A stretch of DNA of 63,911 nucleotides, counting the filler, from Bipalium vagum (taxonomy: Eukaryota): the NCBI GenBank assembly GCA_037834085.1. It is 3 parts of 3 records of this genome, joined end to end, with 100 filler letters (N's around TTAATTAATTAA, not from the genome) between each part and the next. Parts side by side here need not be neighbours in the genome. Positions count along the whole stretch, not along the records: positions 48,368 to 63,911 come from JBBMKC010160509.1; 2 more parts are not named here. One strand, given 5' to 3'. Under the pieces are notes generated by a model, which did not search any database, had not been told where the DNA came from, and saw only the letters and a program-made list of their open reading frames with translations. Shown piece by piece: positions 50,083 to 63,911 of this stretch (positions within the stretch are counted from its first letter, which is position 1; every line of letters starts with the position of its first letter). Both the position numbers and the translations under genes were made by a program.

Positions 50083-52619
50083 CTTACATAATATAAAATA
50101 ACAACATAAAATACGGTATTTTTCTGAGAAATCTTTTTAATTTTTTTCGGATGCTCCCCGTTATAATTCAGCTTTGAATTACAGGCGACTTTAAAAGATC
50201 ATACAATGATAATTTAACTAATTAAAATAAAACGACTTTTAAGCTGAATATGTATCATGGAGATAATAAATTTCAAGATCTTAGGAACAATTTTTTTCAA
50301 AATAAATGGTTTAATAATTAGACAATTTTTAAAAAATATATATTATATTTTTTAAATTTTGCGTATATAATCTGAAAATATTATATTATAATTTTATAAT
50401 TATAATATTTAGGAAAAATTAATAACATTAAATAAAATTAATAATATTATTTAAAATTAATAATAATATTTAAAATAAATCATATTCTTTCTTTAAAAAT
50501 TGTATCACACGTCAAAGAATTTCTTAATTTATTCTTTCATTGATTTAAATCCCTCCTCATAGAGACCACCTAAAAAAGAAGTTTTATTTACACAGTTTCT
50601 ACCTAAAACCTCATTTATTTAGGTTTTTTTGTAGTTATCTCTTAATATATCACCTTTTTTCAATGTGAAAATTGTCTTTCAGTTCAACGTTGAACTGATC
50701 ATACTTGAAGCATATCGAAACATTAGTCAAAGAAAGACTTAATTTATTATATAATACTTTAGAATATTTTAATTTTTTAAAAAGTTTTTAATTAAATTTT
50801 AATGTTAAAATAATAAAATAATATAAAAATAGTCAACCGCCGTTGTAATGGAAACATCGGTCAACTCGATAAAATACCCTTATAACGGGGCTCCTTTACA
50901 CCGGCGTTGGCAGATTATGCAATAGTAGAATGAGTACTGATTGGATATTATTCAAACCAAAACCAAAACAAATTGTCAAAAAACTCTAAGTTATAAAATC
51001 CAATTATAAAGGCAAAGATCAACGTTAAAATTTATTTAAAGAAATCCAGTACAATAGTTTGCTTGACCTTTGGTTGAGAATTTCAGATAATACTGTCAAT
51101 AAAAGATCAAGAGTCTTTTCATCAATTTTTTTCCAGGCCAACAAATAAATCGTTTGATAACTTGAAAAGAATGGAGTTCTTCTTTAGAAGTTGGATAAGA
51201 TGATACTATTTCGGAAGTACATGTAGTATTATCTTCATCAAAAGAACTTCCAGTTTAGGAATGGTTATCATGTCAACACTATCCTCCGTTTATAGTTCTT
51301 GCCACGCAGAGATGCTTTACTCTATGGTGGTGTATTCAGATACCGTCATGGGATCTTCAATGTTTATTTGATCTATAACACATTGGATATCCTGGATAAC
51401 AATAGAATCTGATTGTATTCTAAAATGTAATATTAAATATTGTATTACTTTGGTCTGACTACCACGACTTCATAAAAATGTTAAAGGAATATTTTTTCAT
51501 TATTAATAAAAAATAACTTCCAATCAGATAAATATTTTCAAAGTTTTATTCAAATATTCGTTGACCTGAGATTTATTTATTTTTAACATTCCTTTAAAAT
51601 GTAAGATAATTAACTGTAAAATTTTGAAGAAATGTCCTTCAATGAAGCGCCGGGTGTATTGCAGCAGGGTGAAATATGAAGACCGTTAACCTTTTACTAA
51701 CAATAAAAAATAATTTGGTTCGACACAAGTTCGCTGTTCAGATTAAATCACTTTTACAATTTGTGAACAGTTTAATTTCCAATCTGAAATATTTAGTAGG
51801 CTCTCTCCTCTGATATTTCAGGTATCAAAATCGATGCGAGATCAATCTTGAAAAGGTAATTAGGGTTAAACCTTTTTAAACGTTTACAGATGATAATATA
51901 TTATGATTATTACCTTTCTGTTGTATCATATAATGATTTATGACTTTTGAAATTATTTTTATTATTTTGTTATTTTTTATATTATTATTATTTATTTTTA
52001 TTATAATTTATATTTTATTTAATTATTTATTTTTAGTTATTAATATTATATTTTTATTATTTGCTCTTTGAATATTTTGACCACTACCAAGTTTTTCGGT
52101 CCATCTATTTTATTGTTATATTTTTCGTTCCCCTCTTTCAATTTCTTCACAAAATAATATTATCGTTTCAAATTCAAGTGCATTATTTAATAAATATAAT
52201 TAATATAAATATAATTATGTCCAATAAATCACGCAAAATTGTCTTACTTCAGCAATAGAGTGGCAATTAAAATTTAATGATATTCTGAAATGATATTATT
52301 ATTTAGATAATAATACATCAGTTTCAATTTTAGCGTTTTTCCTGAAAATATAATTTTCCCATTTAAAGGTCATTTTTGTAAAATGTTAAAATGTTGAAAC
52401 ATAAATTATCATTAAAATATTCAAAATTTTGTCGTAATTTTTCCAATTATATTCGTAAATCTCCTTTTTTATACTGCAAGTAAATGAGATCTTTAATATG
52501 GTAATTAGAATAATTTATCATTAATTTGAATTAAATATTAATGGCGAACATAAAGGAGATATCCATACTAAGAAAGTCAATGATAAAAAACACTTTTATT
52601 AAATAGTTATGATTGGATT

Positions 52620-53460
52620 ATATTTTAATTTTTTTAAAGCTGTACGCAATATAATATGAAAAGATTTCCAATTTATCCATACAAGACCAAAATTATTCAT
52701 CAGTTACATGACGAAAACTATGCTGAAAGAATTGCAACGTGCGAAAACCTAATCAATGAAATTGACAATAATCCATCTTTTTTTCAAAATCTGATTTTCA
52801 CTGATAAAGCAACTTTTCTTTAAATGGATAAATCAACAAGAATAACTGTCTAATTTGGGGCACTGAACCTCTTAAAAAAATTATACCACTGCCTCACTTC
52901 AGTCATGAAGTTAATGTTTGGATAGGTCTTTCAATATCCCTTGTTTATAGTCCTTTTTCTTTCATGAGAATGTGAATGGAGTAAACGATTTATACATTCT
53001 TAAATCTGGCTTCATACCACATCTTTGTCACAGACTTAAATCTAAAATTCTAAAACAGTTTTTCAACCCGATGAAGTGAGATCATTATTCACATATTGTA
53101 GGAGATTTTTTAGACTGCAATTTTGCTGGAATATCGATTGGTAGTAAGAGATGGATCGTTCCATTTGGCTGCCAGATCAATGGACCTAACACCGCTTAAA
53201 TTATTCCTTTGATAACACCTAAAAACAAAGGTATATAGAGGAAAACCAAAATATATAACCAAGATCTGAAAGATATTATTCAAATGGAGGCACTAGAATA
53301 TCATCAGAAATGTGTGAAAATGTTTTGAATGACTTTTATAATCGCTGGAATAAATTTATCCAAGCTACTGGTCACTACGAAAAATAATAAATTTCAATTT
53401 ATTTGTTATGCTAAACAAATATTACGGTATTTCATTTTAAAACCGGGTACTTACTTTCTA
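52620..53460 (+). mobile_element. Tc1/mariner-superfamily remnant (rosa/maT-like)
   Basis: LIFTDKATF, INKNNCLIWGTEP, decayed WLPRSMDLTPL; similar to 33440-33960. Confidence 0.75.
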
Positions 53461-54354
53461 CACACGTTATATATTACACCTTTTTCTTGTTTATGTACCT
53501 AGTAATTTTAAAAAAATTAAATTTACAAAAATTGTGTAGTATTTTTTTATGAAATTAAATCATAATCAGAATATCAAAACAGTTATGACAATAAATATTT
53601 GGGTAATGTAACTAAGCTACAGATCCGGTAAAGATATAAACCAAAATAATGCTGATAGAGGTTTAACAGTAACATTTTAAACTTATTTATTCGTCATTTT
53701 TGCCATGTCAGTAACCATTAAACTAGAAACCTCATCCAAAAGCTCATGAAAATTCTTCCTAATCAAATCCGGAGTCTTCTGATTGTTGGCTTGTCAGCCA
53801 AATCGAAATTGCTACTTTGAAAGTTTATAAATTAAAGCTACATGTATTAAAACTCACATTTTCCACTCAAATTTTGATCTTTGGACATTGACAACGGATA
53901 TCTGAGAATCAAATAGAAATGTAGATCATGTCAGTTTTGACATTATCGATTTTCATTTAAAATTGTTTTATTATTATGATTAATTAAACAAATCAAATTA
54001 TTTTGATAACGTTCTAATTTTAAGGTTTAAAAATTAAAAAATGAACACAAACATCAAAGGAAAATATGTAATTAATGAAAATCTTTAAAGGGTGATAGAT
54101 AAACATCTAAAATTAAGATCTGAAATGTAACCAGTAAAATGGTCAACAAATAATAGTAAATCGATGGAAAAAGTACCTGGAAGCACAAAGTATATATTAA
54201 TATACAGAAAAAAACGATTCTGTGTGTTTACCAATACAATTTACAAAATATTTCGTCCCAGTATCATTCATATTTCTGTGCGAGTCTAAGTACTTTTTAT
54301 CCACACCACGAATATACATAAAATATTATAAACAAAAAATAAAAATGATAAAAA

Positions 54355-54388
<34 letters not shown>

Positions 54389-55699
54389 TTATTTCAAACA
54401 ACTTTGTCGAAGCTGTAACTAAATTTAAAAACAAATTTGATAACTTGAAGAGATGTTAGTAAAAAGAAAATAAGAGATAAACATTGCATTAATTCAGCTT
54501 TTGTAATGGGGAAAAAGAACGGGTTGAAAAAAGCAAAATTGCTTGAAGTATGTAATTGAATTATTCTACCTAATTATTGCGAACGTCATTCTATTGAAAT
54601 AATCCATCCTTTCCAATTTGTTCGCTCGCAATCTGACAAGCATTAATTAATCCTCTTTTAAATGCAAATTAATGAATAGTATCATTAGACCGAAGTAGGA
54701 AAGACAAATATTTCAGAATTTTCGAATTATTTCTTCTTCTTACATTTTGGAAACATCATTTTTATAAGCATATTTTCAACGAAAATATTCACAGTGAATT
54801 TCACTGAACGGACGATTTCGCTTGGATCCCGGTTGCAACAAAATCGTAATTTATTAAAACAATCGATATATTGATTTTTCCAAATTTTTTGTTTTCAAAA
54901 TTCCAAATGAAATTAAATTATTTCAGAATTTTCTATTTAATTTGTTTTGATAATTAATAATCAGAAGCAGAAAATCGGTTTTTGATAATATTTTTTTATT
55001 ATTTTTTCATTAGATTGAATTGATATTATCAAGTTAGAGAAGTGGTTTTATTGTAGTAGTAGTAGCAGTAGTAGTAGTATCATTAAAACAAAAATTCGTT
55101 TTATATTTAATTTGGTGGTGACTTGAAAGAAATCATCGTTTTGGCTTTTTGCCAACCAGTCTTTCAGAAGGCAATGGCATTTTGAAAGGAGATTAAAATA
55201 CGGTTTTACATTGTTTCATTCTCATGAAAGGTATCGGGTAAACATCGTTCCATTGTTAGTTTGGGGTGGTTATATTAAAAATCGTTTCACGTAGCGAAAA
55301 GAGATTTCGTTATTGATAAGGGAATTATTTTTGAGGATTTATTCCTTTCTTTTAAATCTACAAATTTATAAATAATAAAGCGATTTTATCATTTAAAAAG
55401 TAATCTGGTCATTTTTATACCTATTCTCAAAATAATAAATAGATGGGACAAGAGTTAATTTTATTGATCAAATATAATATGAGTTTTATTTTTTTCTAAT
55501 TTAAATGCCCATTTAAAATAAAATTTTAACATGATCCTGACCGTAAATACTTATACAAGTGTCAAATTTTAGGCAGGAATCACATTTAAGGATTACTTGT
55601 ATAACATTTTTGTTTGTTTTTAAATAAAAGGATCAATTTAAGCAGATGCCAAAATTAACGGGTTTCATTGTAATACCAAAAATAATTAGATATATTGGA

Positions 55700-56970
55700 T
55701 CATGTTTAGTTTTCAACCCATTTTTTTCTAACACACTTATGGTTTTCATGTTTGTTTTATAACCTATCACAAATAATCATCTTCATTTTCCAACCCGTGT
55801 CTTTTTCCAATCAAAAAAAATATTACAAAAAATAAATTTACCTTTTAATCATACAAAATGAATAAAAACAATAGAAAGACAATTAAAGAACGAATAAAAA
55901 CAATTTTTTAATCAAATTTATTTAATATTAATAAATCAAATATGGCATTTGGATCTTTCTTTAGAAAATTTTGCCTCCAAGTCCATACGGCCAGGTAAGA
56001 CTTCAGAACAGTTTCATATATTCCCCTCAAACATTTTGTCTTGCTTTTTAATGTTCCCCAAATACATTCAATTCGCTGGGAATTGGCGCCGGTCTCTTTG
56101 TTCACAAAATTATTTTTATGATTGACTGTGCGATGAGTAAAAGTTTTATCCTTACTCAATTGGCAATAGGCTTTCCACTCATCACTTATTATAAATGATC
56201 TTTTTAACCACGATTTTTATAATTGGTAACAAAGTGGCATCACTTCTATTATTGACTACGGTCAGAAATATTTCAGCAGGACTGGAATTATCCACTATTT
56301 CAAACACCCATAACTAGTGTTCCGGGGCATGAACTTTATGGTATTTAGGGTTGAAACTGAAAGATATATAAATATAATTATTAAAATATATGAAAATCTT
56401 ACAGAACTAAAGATTCGTCCTTTCCAACCAAGAAAAATAGGATTTCTTTCAAAAAAAACAATTCGCATTTTTCTCGCAGAAGAGCATAGAAATGTCTTAT
56501 TTTTGATACGGATATACCAATATCCTGAACTGCAATCTTTTGTGGTCTTTCCATTGTCCAGTAATACATTAAATGTATAATTGTGTTGATCGATATTTTG
56601 AATATGGAACAAAAAGATTTACTCATAATTGAATAGTAACGCGTGTAATAATGACACTTAACATTCACAGAACGCCAGGAGATTCCATCGTTATCTTGTA
56701 TTGATGGAGATTGCTTCATCTCTATCCCACACTAATCACAATGATCTAAAACAATAAGTTAATAAATTATAACAAAAGTTTTTTCATATCGATGATTTTT
56801 TTTTCATGTTTTCTCAAAAATGATGCGGCATCTTCACAGGATCGCTGACTACATGAATAATATTCTTGTCCATTTTTAAAAGTAATTCTGTTACATTTTT
56901 AAATGAATTTATATAATATTTTTCGAATCATGCTTGTTTATAACCCATCACAACTAATCATGTTCGTAAA
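55700..56970 (-). mobile_element. Merlin (IS1016/IS1595-like) transposon, nearly full-length frameshifted transposase (~56870-55908)
   Basis: DGISWR Zn-ribbon region, LLREKC...GKDES, IISDEWKAY, HRTVNHKNNFV..ETGANSQRIECIWGTLK, YLAVWTWR. Confidence 0.85.
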
Positions 56971-57998
56971 AAATTTTATAGAGGTACTTAAGCATATTTT
57001 TTTATTTATTAATTAATATTTTATTTAGATAAAGGGACATGAACAAACTACTGGAATTTTTTATCAATAAGTCAGATTGAGAAAAATAAATAAAACAAAT
57101 TAATATAATAAACTGAAATAAAATTTTTTTCCTTTGTCAATAATCAAGTTCACTGTTAAGACAATTTTTGGGTGAAGTGGTAAGTTCTGTAAATAAAAAT
57201 AGAACTTTTCCAAAGGACTTTAGGAAAAAAAATATTTCTCAATTTCTATGATAACTTTTTTTTAGTTCTATTTTAAAGATTTAAAGAGCCAAGATCTTTA
57301 TTGCAGAAAGAAAGGGTTCAAAATTTTTTTTTCAAGAAAAGCAGAGACACATTTTGAGATTTTGAGATAAATATTGATTCTTTTTTAAATTATGAAGATC
57401 CTTCCGATAATGTTGTCCAGACAATTAGTTTTCAGAACATTCTTCGAGCTCTGAAACCAAAAGAACAGTTTCCTAATATTCTGAAGCCTTTAAAATACTT
57501 GGGAACATCAACAATATGTGAATGATATAAATCTGTATCAAACGTCTGGGATGATTTATTTCTTTTTCTGTCAATTTGGTAAAAGAAGATTTATTATTAA
57601 ACTGGAAAAATAATTTATATAATTGAGATGTCAAAATAAATCTCTTCTTCATTTTAGACTGAAAAGTATAACTCTGGAAATAAAACAGACTGGAGAGTAC
57701 CCGTAAATAGTCTCATATCATTGGGATAATAAGAATTATTTTTATTTTTCAGACTTGTATACTTTTCTCTTTAAAGTCTTAGCTTTAGTAAGAAGTAATC
57801 GACGATGGTTACCATTTTTTCTCAATAAGTCGTCTTAAGTTCCATTAATAATGACCATTTCATTTGACAGACGGTTACCGAAATCTTTGCAAATTTAATA
57901 TTGTAATTAATTCAAATATGAATGTATAGAGTATTCCAAAAGAGCAGCGCTTTTTACAAATTCTAAAATATTCAGAATATCCAACAGAACGATAAGGA

Positions 57999-59625
57999 TA
58001 TACAAGGTGGTCAAAGAGTTCCTTGGCTATAATATATCTAAATTAACTTTAATAAAAGCTAGAAAAACTAGGAAACCAGATTGTAAATTGAAGTTTTAGT
58101 CATGAAGTTATTTTACATTAAGTGTGAAAAAGTATATCGTTTAAGTGTCCTCCATTACAATTTATACATTCATTGGCTTTCCAATTATGTGCTTTCCAGT
58201 TTTTTATGAACTGTGACTGATGTAATCTGTGCAATTTCTGATTGAATGTTGTCTTTCAGCTCCTGAAAAGTTTGCAGTTTGTTTTTGTAGACCCTGTCCT
58301 TAAATTATTACCACAAGAAAAATTCTGCAGTCGTTAAATTTGGGGACCAAGGCGGCCAACTGAAGTCACCGTTTTTTGAGATGACACGATTAAGAAATTT
58401 TCTGTGAAACAAAATGATTGTTTCATAAGTGGAGTGAGCCGTTGCACCACCTTGTTGAAAATAAATCTTAAGATTATTGATGTTTGCTCTCAGGAGAGGG
58501 AATAGAAAATCTTTAAGCATTTTTGTAGCAATTTACATTTCATGCTTTAGCCGTTAGTATTTTCAAAGAAATAGGATCCATAAATATGGTACGAGGTTAT
58601 TCCGCACAAAACAGTTACACGAAGTGGGTGTAATAAACGTTGGTGAACGTCTTTGGATTATGTGTACCACAAATTCTGTAGTTTTTTTTATTTACAAACC
58701 CACTCAGATGAAAGTGTGCCTCGTCACTTATTAATAAATTTTCTAAAAAATATTGGTCATTGGCGACGAGATTTAGAATAGATCTAGAGGACTATCACTC
58801 TAATCCAATTGATGTCTTGGGCTAACTTTTTTGTTTTGGGCTAACTATGTTTTTTACAGAAGACTTGTGTCATGACAGACACATGAGGACAGGCATTGTC
58901 ACACATGAAGTCAAAATGTCCAACTCTTTTCGTTTCTAAGATCGCTTGAACGAAATCCACATAAAACATGAAAGCGGAAATTTCCATAACAAATGAAGGA
59001 AACAATTATATAAAACTTCGTTTCTGACCCTTTTGTCAATTGTTGGCCGGTCAACATCTGTCACTACACTTTATGAATTATCCTGCCTAAAAGGTAAAGA
59101 ATCACTATAAATGAATTTTTAGTGTGACAGTATGTCAAGCATGGATCGGTATGCTTCTGGATAACTTCATAGTAAAGCCAGAGATTCCTACAATGAAAAA
59201 AAGCGCAGCCCTCGTTTAGCAGTTGTTTCACATTGGTCACATTTTCATCAGATGTTTGAGTCCGTGTTTTTCCTGAACCTTTAACTCCCGAGGCTTCTTT
59301 ACAATCAGATATCAATAATATTGTATTTTTGATACGGTAATAGATGAAAATTATCTATTGGTATGTCCGAGGAATGAATAAGATTTACACGTAAAATGAG
59401 TAGCAAATTTTTTAACTGAAGATTAAAAATTAATTCGACTAAAACTTTCTCAGCATCATCTGGACTATTTTAGAAAAGATAAGACTGGTTTTATCCACAG
59501 GTTTTTAACTAAAAATTAAACTTTGGCTTAACAACATTCTGAATCACTTTTATGGTAATAATCAAAAATACTTTTTCAATAAAAATTACTCATTTAAATT
59601 TAAAAGGAAACATTCGACCACTACA
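57999..59625 (-). mobile_element. Tc1/mariner-superfamily element (rosa/maT-like), decayed, with both TIR-like ends
   Basis: SGKTRTQTSDENV, LISDEAHFHLSGFVNK, YFQQGGATAH, SWPPWSPNLTTAEFFLW; TAcaaggtggtcaaagagttcc at 57999 versus ggaaacattcgaccac at ~59605. Confidence 0.85.
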
Positions 59626-60343
59626 ATTTTAATTCCGTTTCCTTCATTCTTTTTATAAAACCTTTTGAACAAGTGATGGTCTGGAGTTAAATTTTTTTGA
59701 GGACCGTTCTCCAAACTTAACTGTATCATACCATTGTCCACGGACGTCTTGTTCGTTAAGTCATTTGTGCTTGGTCTTGTTAAAGCATTCTATTTCGTTC
59801 GAAAAGTGAAATCTGTCATCATTCTCATTTTTAAAATTTTTATCAATAATCAGTTACTGCGGGTCGTGTGCTTTGGATAAATATACAAAATTGAAAAACA
59901 AGAATATTGAGGACTTTCAAGAGACACAATACTCCTCATCGAACTAAACTGATACATTTGCACTGGCTTGGCAAAAGATTAATCAGCTGCATAAATCTCG
60001 TCGAGATTTGTTTCATTGGCATTTTAATAATTATATATTTGACTTTAATAATAAATAATATAATATTTAAGTGAAAGTCGTTCTTATCCGTTATTTAATT
60101 GGCACGTAATCAATTATTAATCATAAATAGTGGATGAGACTCTTAAGATTAATTTATGTTGAGAATCGAGATTTCTTCTGGATAACTTCACTTTTCCGTG
60201 AGAATTTTTCAAAACTTGTTTCTCACTGAATTGAATTCTCTCATATGAAAGAGCCGACTTAGACACTGAAAGTCAAATGATCATGATCAATTACAATTTC
60301 TAAAAGGTTTTATGTGATGAAGAGAATTCTGTGAAGAATATCA

Positions 60344-60647
60344 NNNNNNNNNNNNNNNNNNNNNNNNNNNNNNNNNNNNNNNNNNNNNNNNNNNNNNNNN
60401 NNNNNNNNNNNNNNNNNNNNNNNNNNNNNNNNNNNNNNNNNNNNNNNNNNNNNNNNNNNNNNNNNNNNNNNNNNNNNNNNNNNNNNNNNNNNNNNNNNNN
60501 NNNNNNNNNNNNNNNNNNNNNNNNNNNNNNNNNNNNNNNNNNNNNNNNNNNNNNNNNNNNNNNNNNNNNNNNNNNNNNNNNNNNNNNNNNNNNNNNNNNN
60601 NNNNNNNNNNNNNNNNNNNNNNNNNNNNNNNNNNNNNNNNNNNNNNN
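60344..60647. other. Assembly gap (N run)
   Basis: 304 N. Confidence 0.99.
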
Positions 60648-63600
60648 ATTTAACCAAAATCAGTATTAAAGATAATAAAATATAAAATACTTTTATGAAA
60701 TATTTCATCTTAGAATTCCTTTCACACTTGCTTGTTTAGACTCTTAAGTGCACTATATAATTATGTGACTTTCATAGATTATTAATTCGATATATTAATA
60801 TAGATATTAATTAATACTTTACCTCAACTAAACTGCTGGGTAAAAAATTATCTTTTCATTTCATTTCTATAAATCATAACCGCATTAATTAAATTACTCT
60901 GAAACTATGAAATTTCCTGTTTCTGTGAACCGATAATTATAAAAAGAATATTCGAGTTTTTGTTTTTATGCATTAAATATAAATAAATTTTGTTAAATGA
61001 GATTAGTGCATCTTCATGATGATAAACGAAATAATAATCATTAAGAGATAATTATTTATTAATTTTTATATTTGTTTACTATTTATTTTTATTTTTCTCA
61101 GTGACTCTTTTTCTTTAGACTTAATTTTATTTATTTCTATGTGAATAATAATAATTATTATTATTATTTTTTTTTATTATATAATATGACTTAGAAGATT
61201 ATTATTATTCTGAATAAATTCTATAAAATAAATTAATGAAAATGAAATATAATCAGTATACCAAAATGTGACCTTTAAATAAAATATTATCAATAGGAAA
61301 TTAGGAAAGAAACCTCTCTATTTATGGTTCAAGTTTTCATTAAGTATCATACATTTTTTCAACAGGCATTCTTATAAAAAAAACTAGGTTACTGAGATCA
61401 CCGGTGATTTACTTTGGTTTATTACATATTTTTGTTTGGTAAAACTCCTTTTAATATTTAAATCACTTAAATACTTTGACAGAAAATTGGATCTCATTCG
61501 AAATATCTGCAGCATGTTGTTTTTATTCTAGTTGAATAATTTAATCTCAAGGTAATATATTGATTTTTAGCTTTACTTTTGTAACTATATAGTATAATAT
61601 TTAAATTTAACGAAAGTGGTCGCTAATTACTGAATATTGAAATGAGCATAAAGAATCATTCTACCGAAAGAAGTCAATCCATCTTATATTCCACAAGGTT
61701 CACCAATCGAAGATTATTAGGAACTCTTGACTCAGAAGATGTACAATAGAAACAGGACAGCTAAAAATCGACAATTAATTTATAGAATAAAATCACAGTT
61801 AAAGAAAGTTGACTTGAATTTCGTCCAAACCATGGTGAAAGGTTTTTATGGAAAATGATGCTAAGTTGAAGATAATTAACCTTTGGCTATTTTTGTAAAT
61901 ATTAAAATAATAAAACATTTTGGTTCGCTGTCTCATCACATTGCTGTATTCAAAAAAATGTTAAATTAATATGAAAATAGGATCATCCATTTTATTTTAT
62001 GACCAGAATTTTCCAACCACCCATTATTTTACCTTTTGTTTTAAAAATGTATTGAAGACATTAAATCTCATATTATTAGAAAACATCAATGTCTGCTGGA
62101 AAACAAAAAATTGTTGAGTTAAAGATTGGGTGCTGAAAATGTTTGAGCAGAATTAATTAAAAGTGAATACTCCATTCCTTCAACAGCTGAAGAAGTGCAT
62201 TTCAAGCAACCCATCATAATTTCTCATAATTCGATAAAGATGACTGAAAAATGTGAAATGATTTATTTCATAATTCACTTCTTTCAGTACTTAACCTTTA
62301 ATGTACGAAATATATTGTCGAATACGAAGATTAGGCATTTATTAATATTATAAATATTATCAATTATTAATATTAATAACACTAAAAATTTATTTTCAGA
62401 AATGAAATCCTAAATTTTTATTTGATATTAATTAAAAGAAACCATAACAGCGACTTTTTGATCTTCAGTCAACATGTGCCGTACCCATTTATCCACTTTC
62501 TTAACCTTTTAAATTATGTTCAAGTGGCGCAGAACAGTTTTATGATGATTTGGATTGTTTCAACTGAGTATCATCAACGTATTATAATATATTATATAAT
62601 AATATTATCGGCCCTCAATTTTTCAAAACGCCTACGTGTGCTTGGTTGGAAACTGCTTGATAATCCCATGCCTGGATTACGCCTCTTGTCGCTTCCGCAG
62701 AATTAGGATCAGATTTGAACAAAATTATTTGAATTTGTAGTTTTGAAATAATTTCTAAGATGGCTAACAAATTTAAATCAATTGATAGATTTAAACAATT
62801 AATGACTCGATTATTAACTAGAAAATGCGCTTTAATATTATATATCACAATATAAAATTTATTCTAAAAACATTGATACAGAAACAATTTAAACTAATAA
62901 ATTGAAACCGGTCATTATTTTTGCACGAACCTAATAATATAAAAATAAGTTCTTAATTAAAATATATTGTACTTGTTATTAATTTGTCTTATAATTGAAA
63001 AATAATTATGTTACTTCTCTAGTTACCGTTTATTTATATTATTATTTGTATAATAAAAAGTAGTTTTTAGATATTCTTATGGAAACCTTAATTTTAATTC
63101 ACTTTTCGTTACTGTGGTAGCATTAATATATTATTCCATGATACACTCCAATTCGTTAAGCAGAGTCTTACAAATACCGGAATTGGAGAACATTATTTTC
63201 ACTTACATTATTTTATAAGGAATTATTAACAAACTGAAAAAAACGAAAAAAAGAGATAAAATAATAAATTGAAAAAGAAGTTTTTAAATATTTTTAATTA
63301 TTTTTTTAATTATTAATAATTAAAACTCAGTTTAATAAAAAATATATTTTAAAAAAATATTTAGATTTTCTTTTTTGTAAAACTTGAAAAAATATACTGA
63401 TTAAAGTTTATCATTTTTCATTGTTTCTTTTCATTAATAAATTTTTTTTAAAAGATTATGATTTTTTATTAACATTTGAAGATTACAAAACGACGCTTTT
63501 CTGTTTCTGTTCACAACAAAACATATTCCAGTAAGGTATACGGTGTATTGGGATTATGGGGACCAAATAAAAGAATAGACCCAACCACAGCTCAACTCCC

Positions 63601-63843
63601 TATACATTCATTGAAAAAATGAAAAATGGATTTTTTAAAAAAATGATTTTTATATAAAAAGAAACATGAACTTTAGAAATTCTGAAAAATTGAGAAAAAA
63701 ATTTGATTAGCAATTATAAAGAAAAATATTGAATTTTTATGAAAATAATAAAACGGGTTTTTAAATTAATATTACCCTTTCCAGCCCTACAAAGTTTGAA
63801 TGGTTACGAAAAATAAATTAAAATAAATTTATTATATATTTAC

Positions 63844-63911
<68 letters not shown>
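63844..63911. repeat. (TAT)n microsatellite at the window end
   Basis: Perfect TAT units to the end of the window. Confidence 0.95.

Noticed and set aside
59200-59260. CTGATGA...GAAA on the minus strand
   Set aside because: Lies in transposase coding sequence (TSDENVTNVKQ); stem II does not pair.
60310-60708. ORFs spanning X runs
   Set aside because: Artefacts of the N gap.
56990-63300. Coding-like patches at ~57.1-57.9, 59.6-60.3 and 61.3-62.9 kb (also 50.8-51.9 kb)
   Set aside because: Multiple stops in all frames and no motif I could assign; probably old transposon debris, left uncalled.
1-63911. CRISPR arrays, operons, rRNA or tRNA genes
   Set aside because: The sequence is eukaryotic with spliceosomal introns; I saw no regularly spaced repeats, rRNA-like segments or tRNA cloverleafs.

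Overview
AT-rich, intron-containing animal genomic DNA. The 47-80 nt introns, (AAT)n tracts and transposon types are compatible with a flatworm such as a planarian, but the taxon is inferred, not proven. Two spliced genes can be fully reconstructed with consistent GT-AG phases: a ~3080-aa MASK/ANKHD1/ANKRD17 homolog (+, 6237-25099, 12 exons) and a 561-aa ERM (ezrin/radixin/moesin) gene (-, 42984-39642, 7 exons). Also present are an intronless secreted Cys-rich orphan ORF (-, 36669-37052) and a pantothenate-kinase-like terminal exon missed by the ORF track (-, 47483-47659). The intergenic space holds decayed mobile elements: Maverick/Polinton pPolB relics, several Tc1/mariner copies, hAT, Merlin, a Penelope GIY-YIG remnant with an intact minimal hammerhead ribozyme, and four copies of an LTR-like repeat with a conserved hairpin. 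The best leads are an extra 453-nt acidic phase-0 exon with its own ATG inside MASK (possible ankyrin-less KH isoform), a MASK first exon with no ATG that could be started by a trans-spliced leader AUG, tandem PAM2-like motifs in the MASK tail, and the hammerhead. All homology calls come from motif recognition by eye; no database searches were run.
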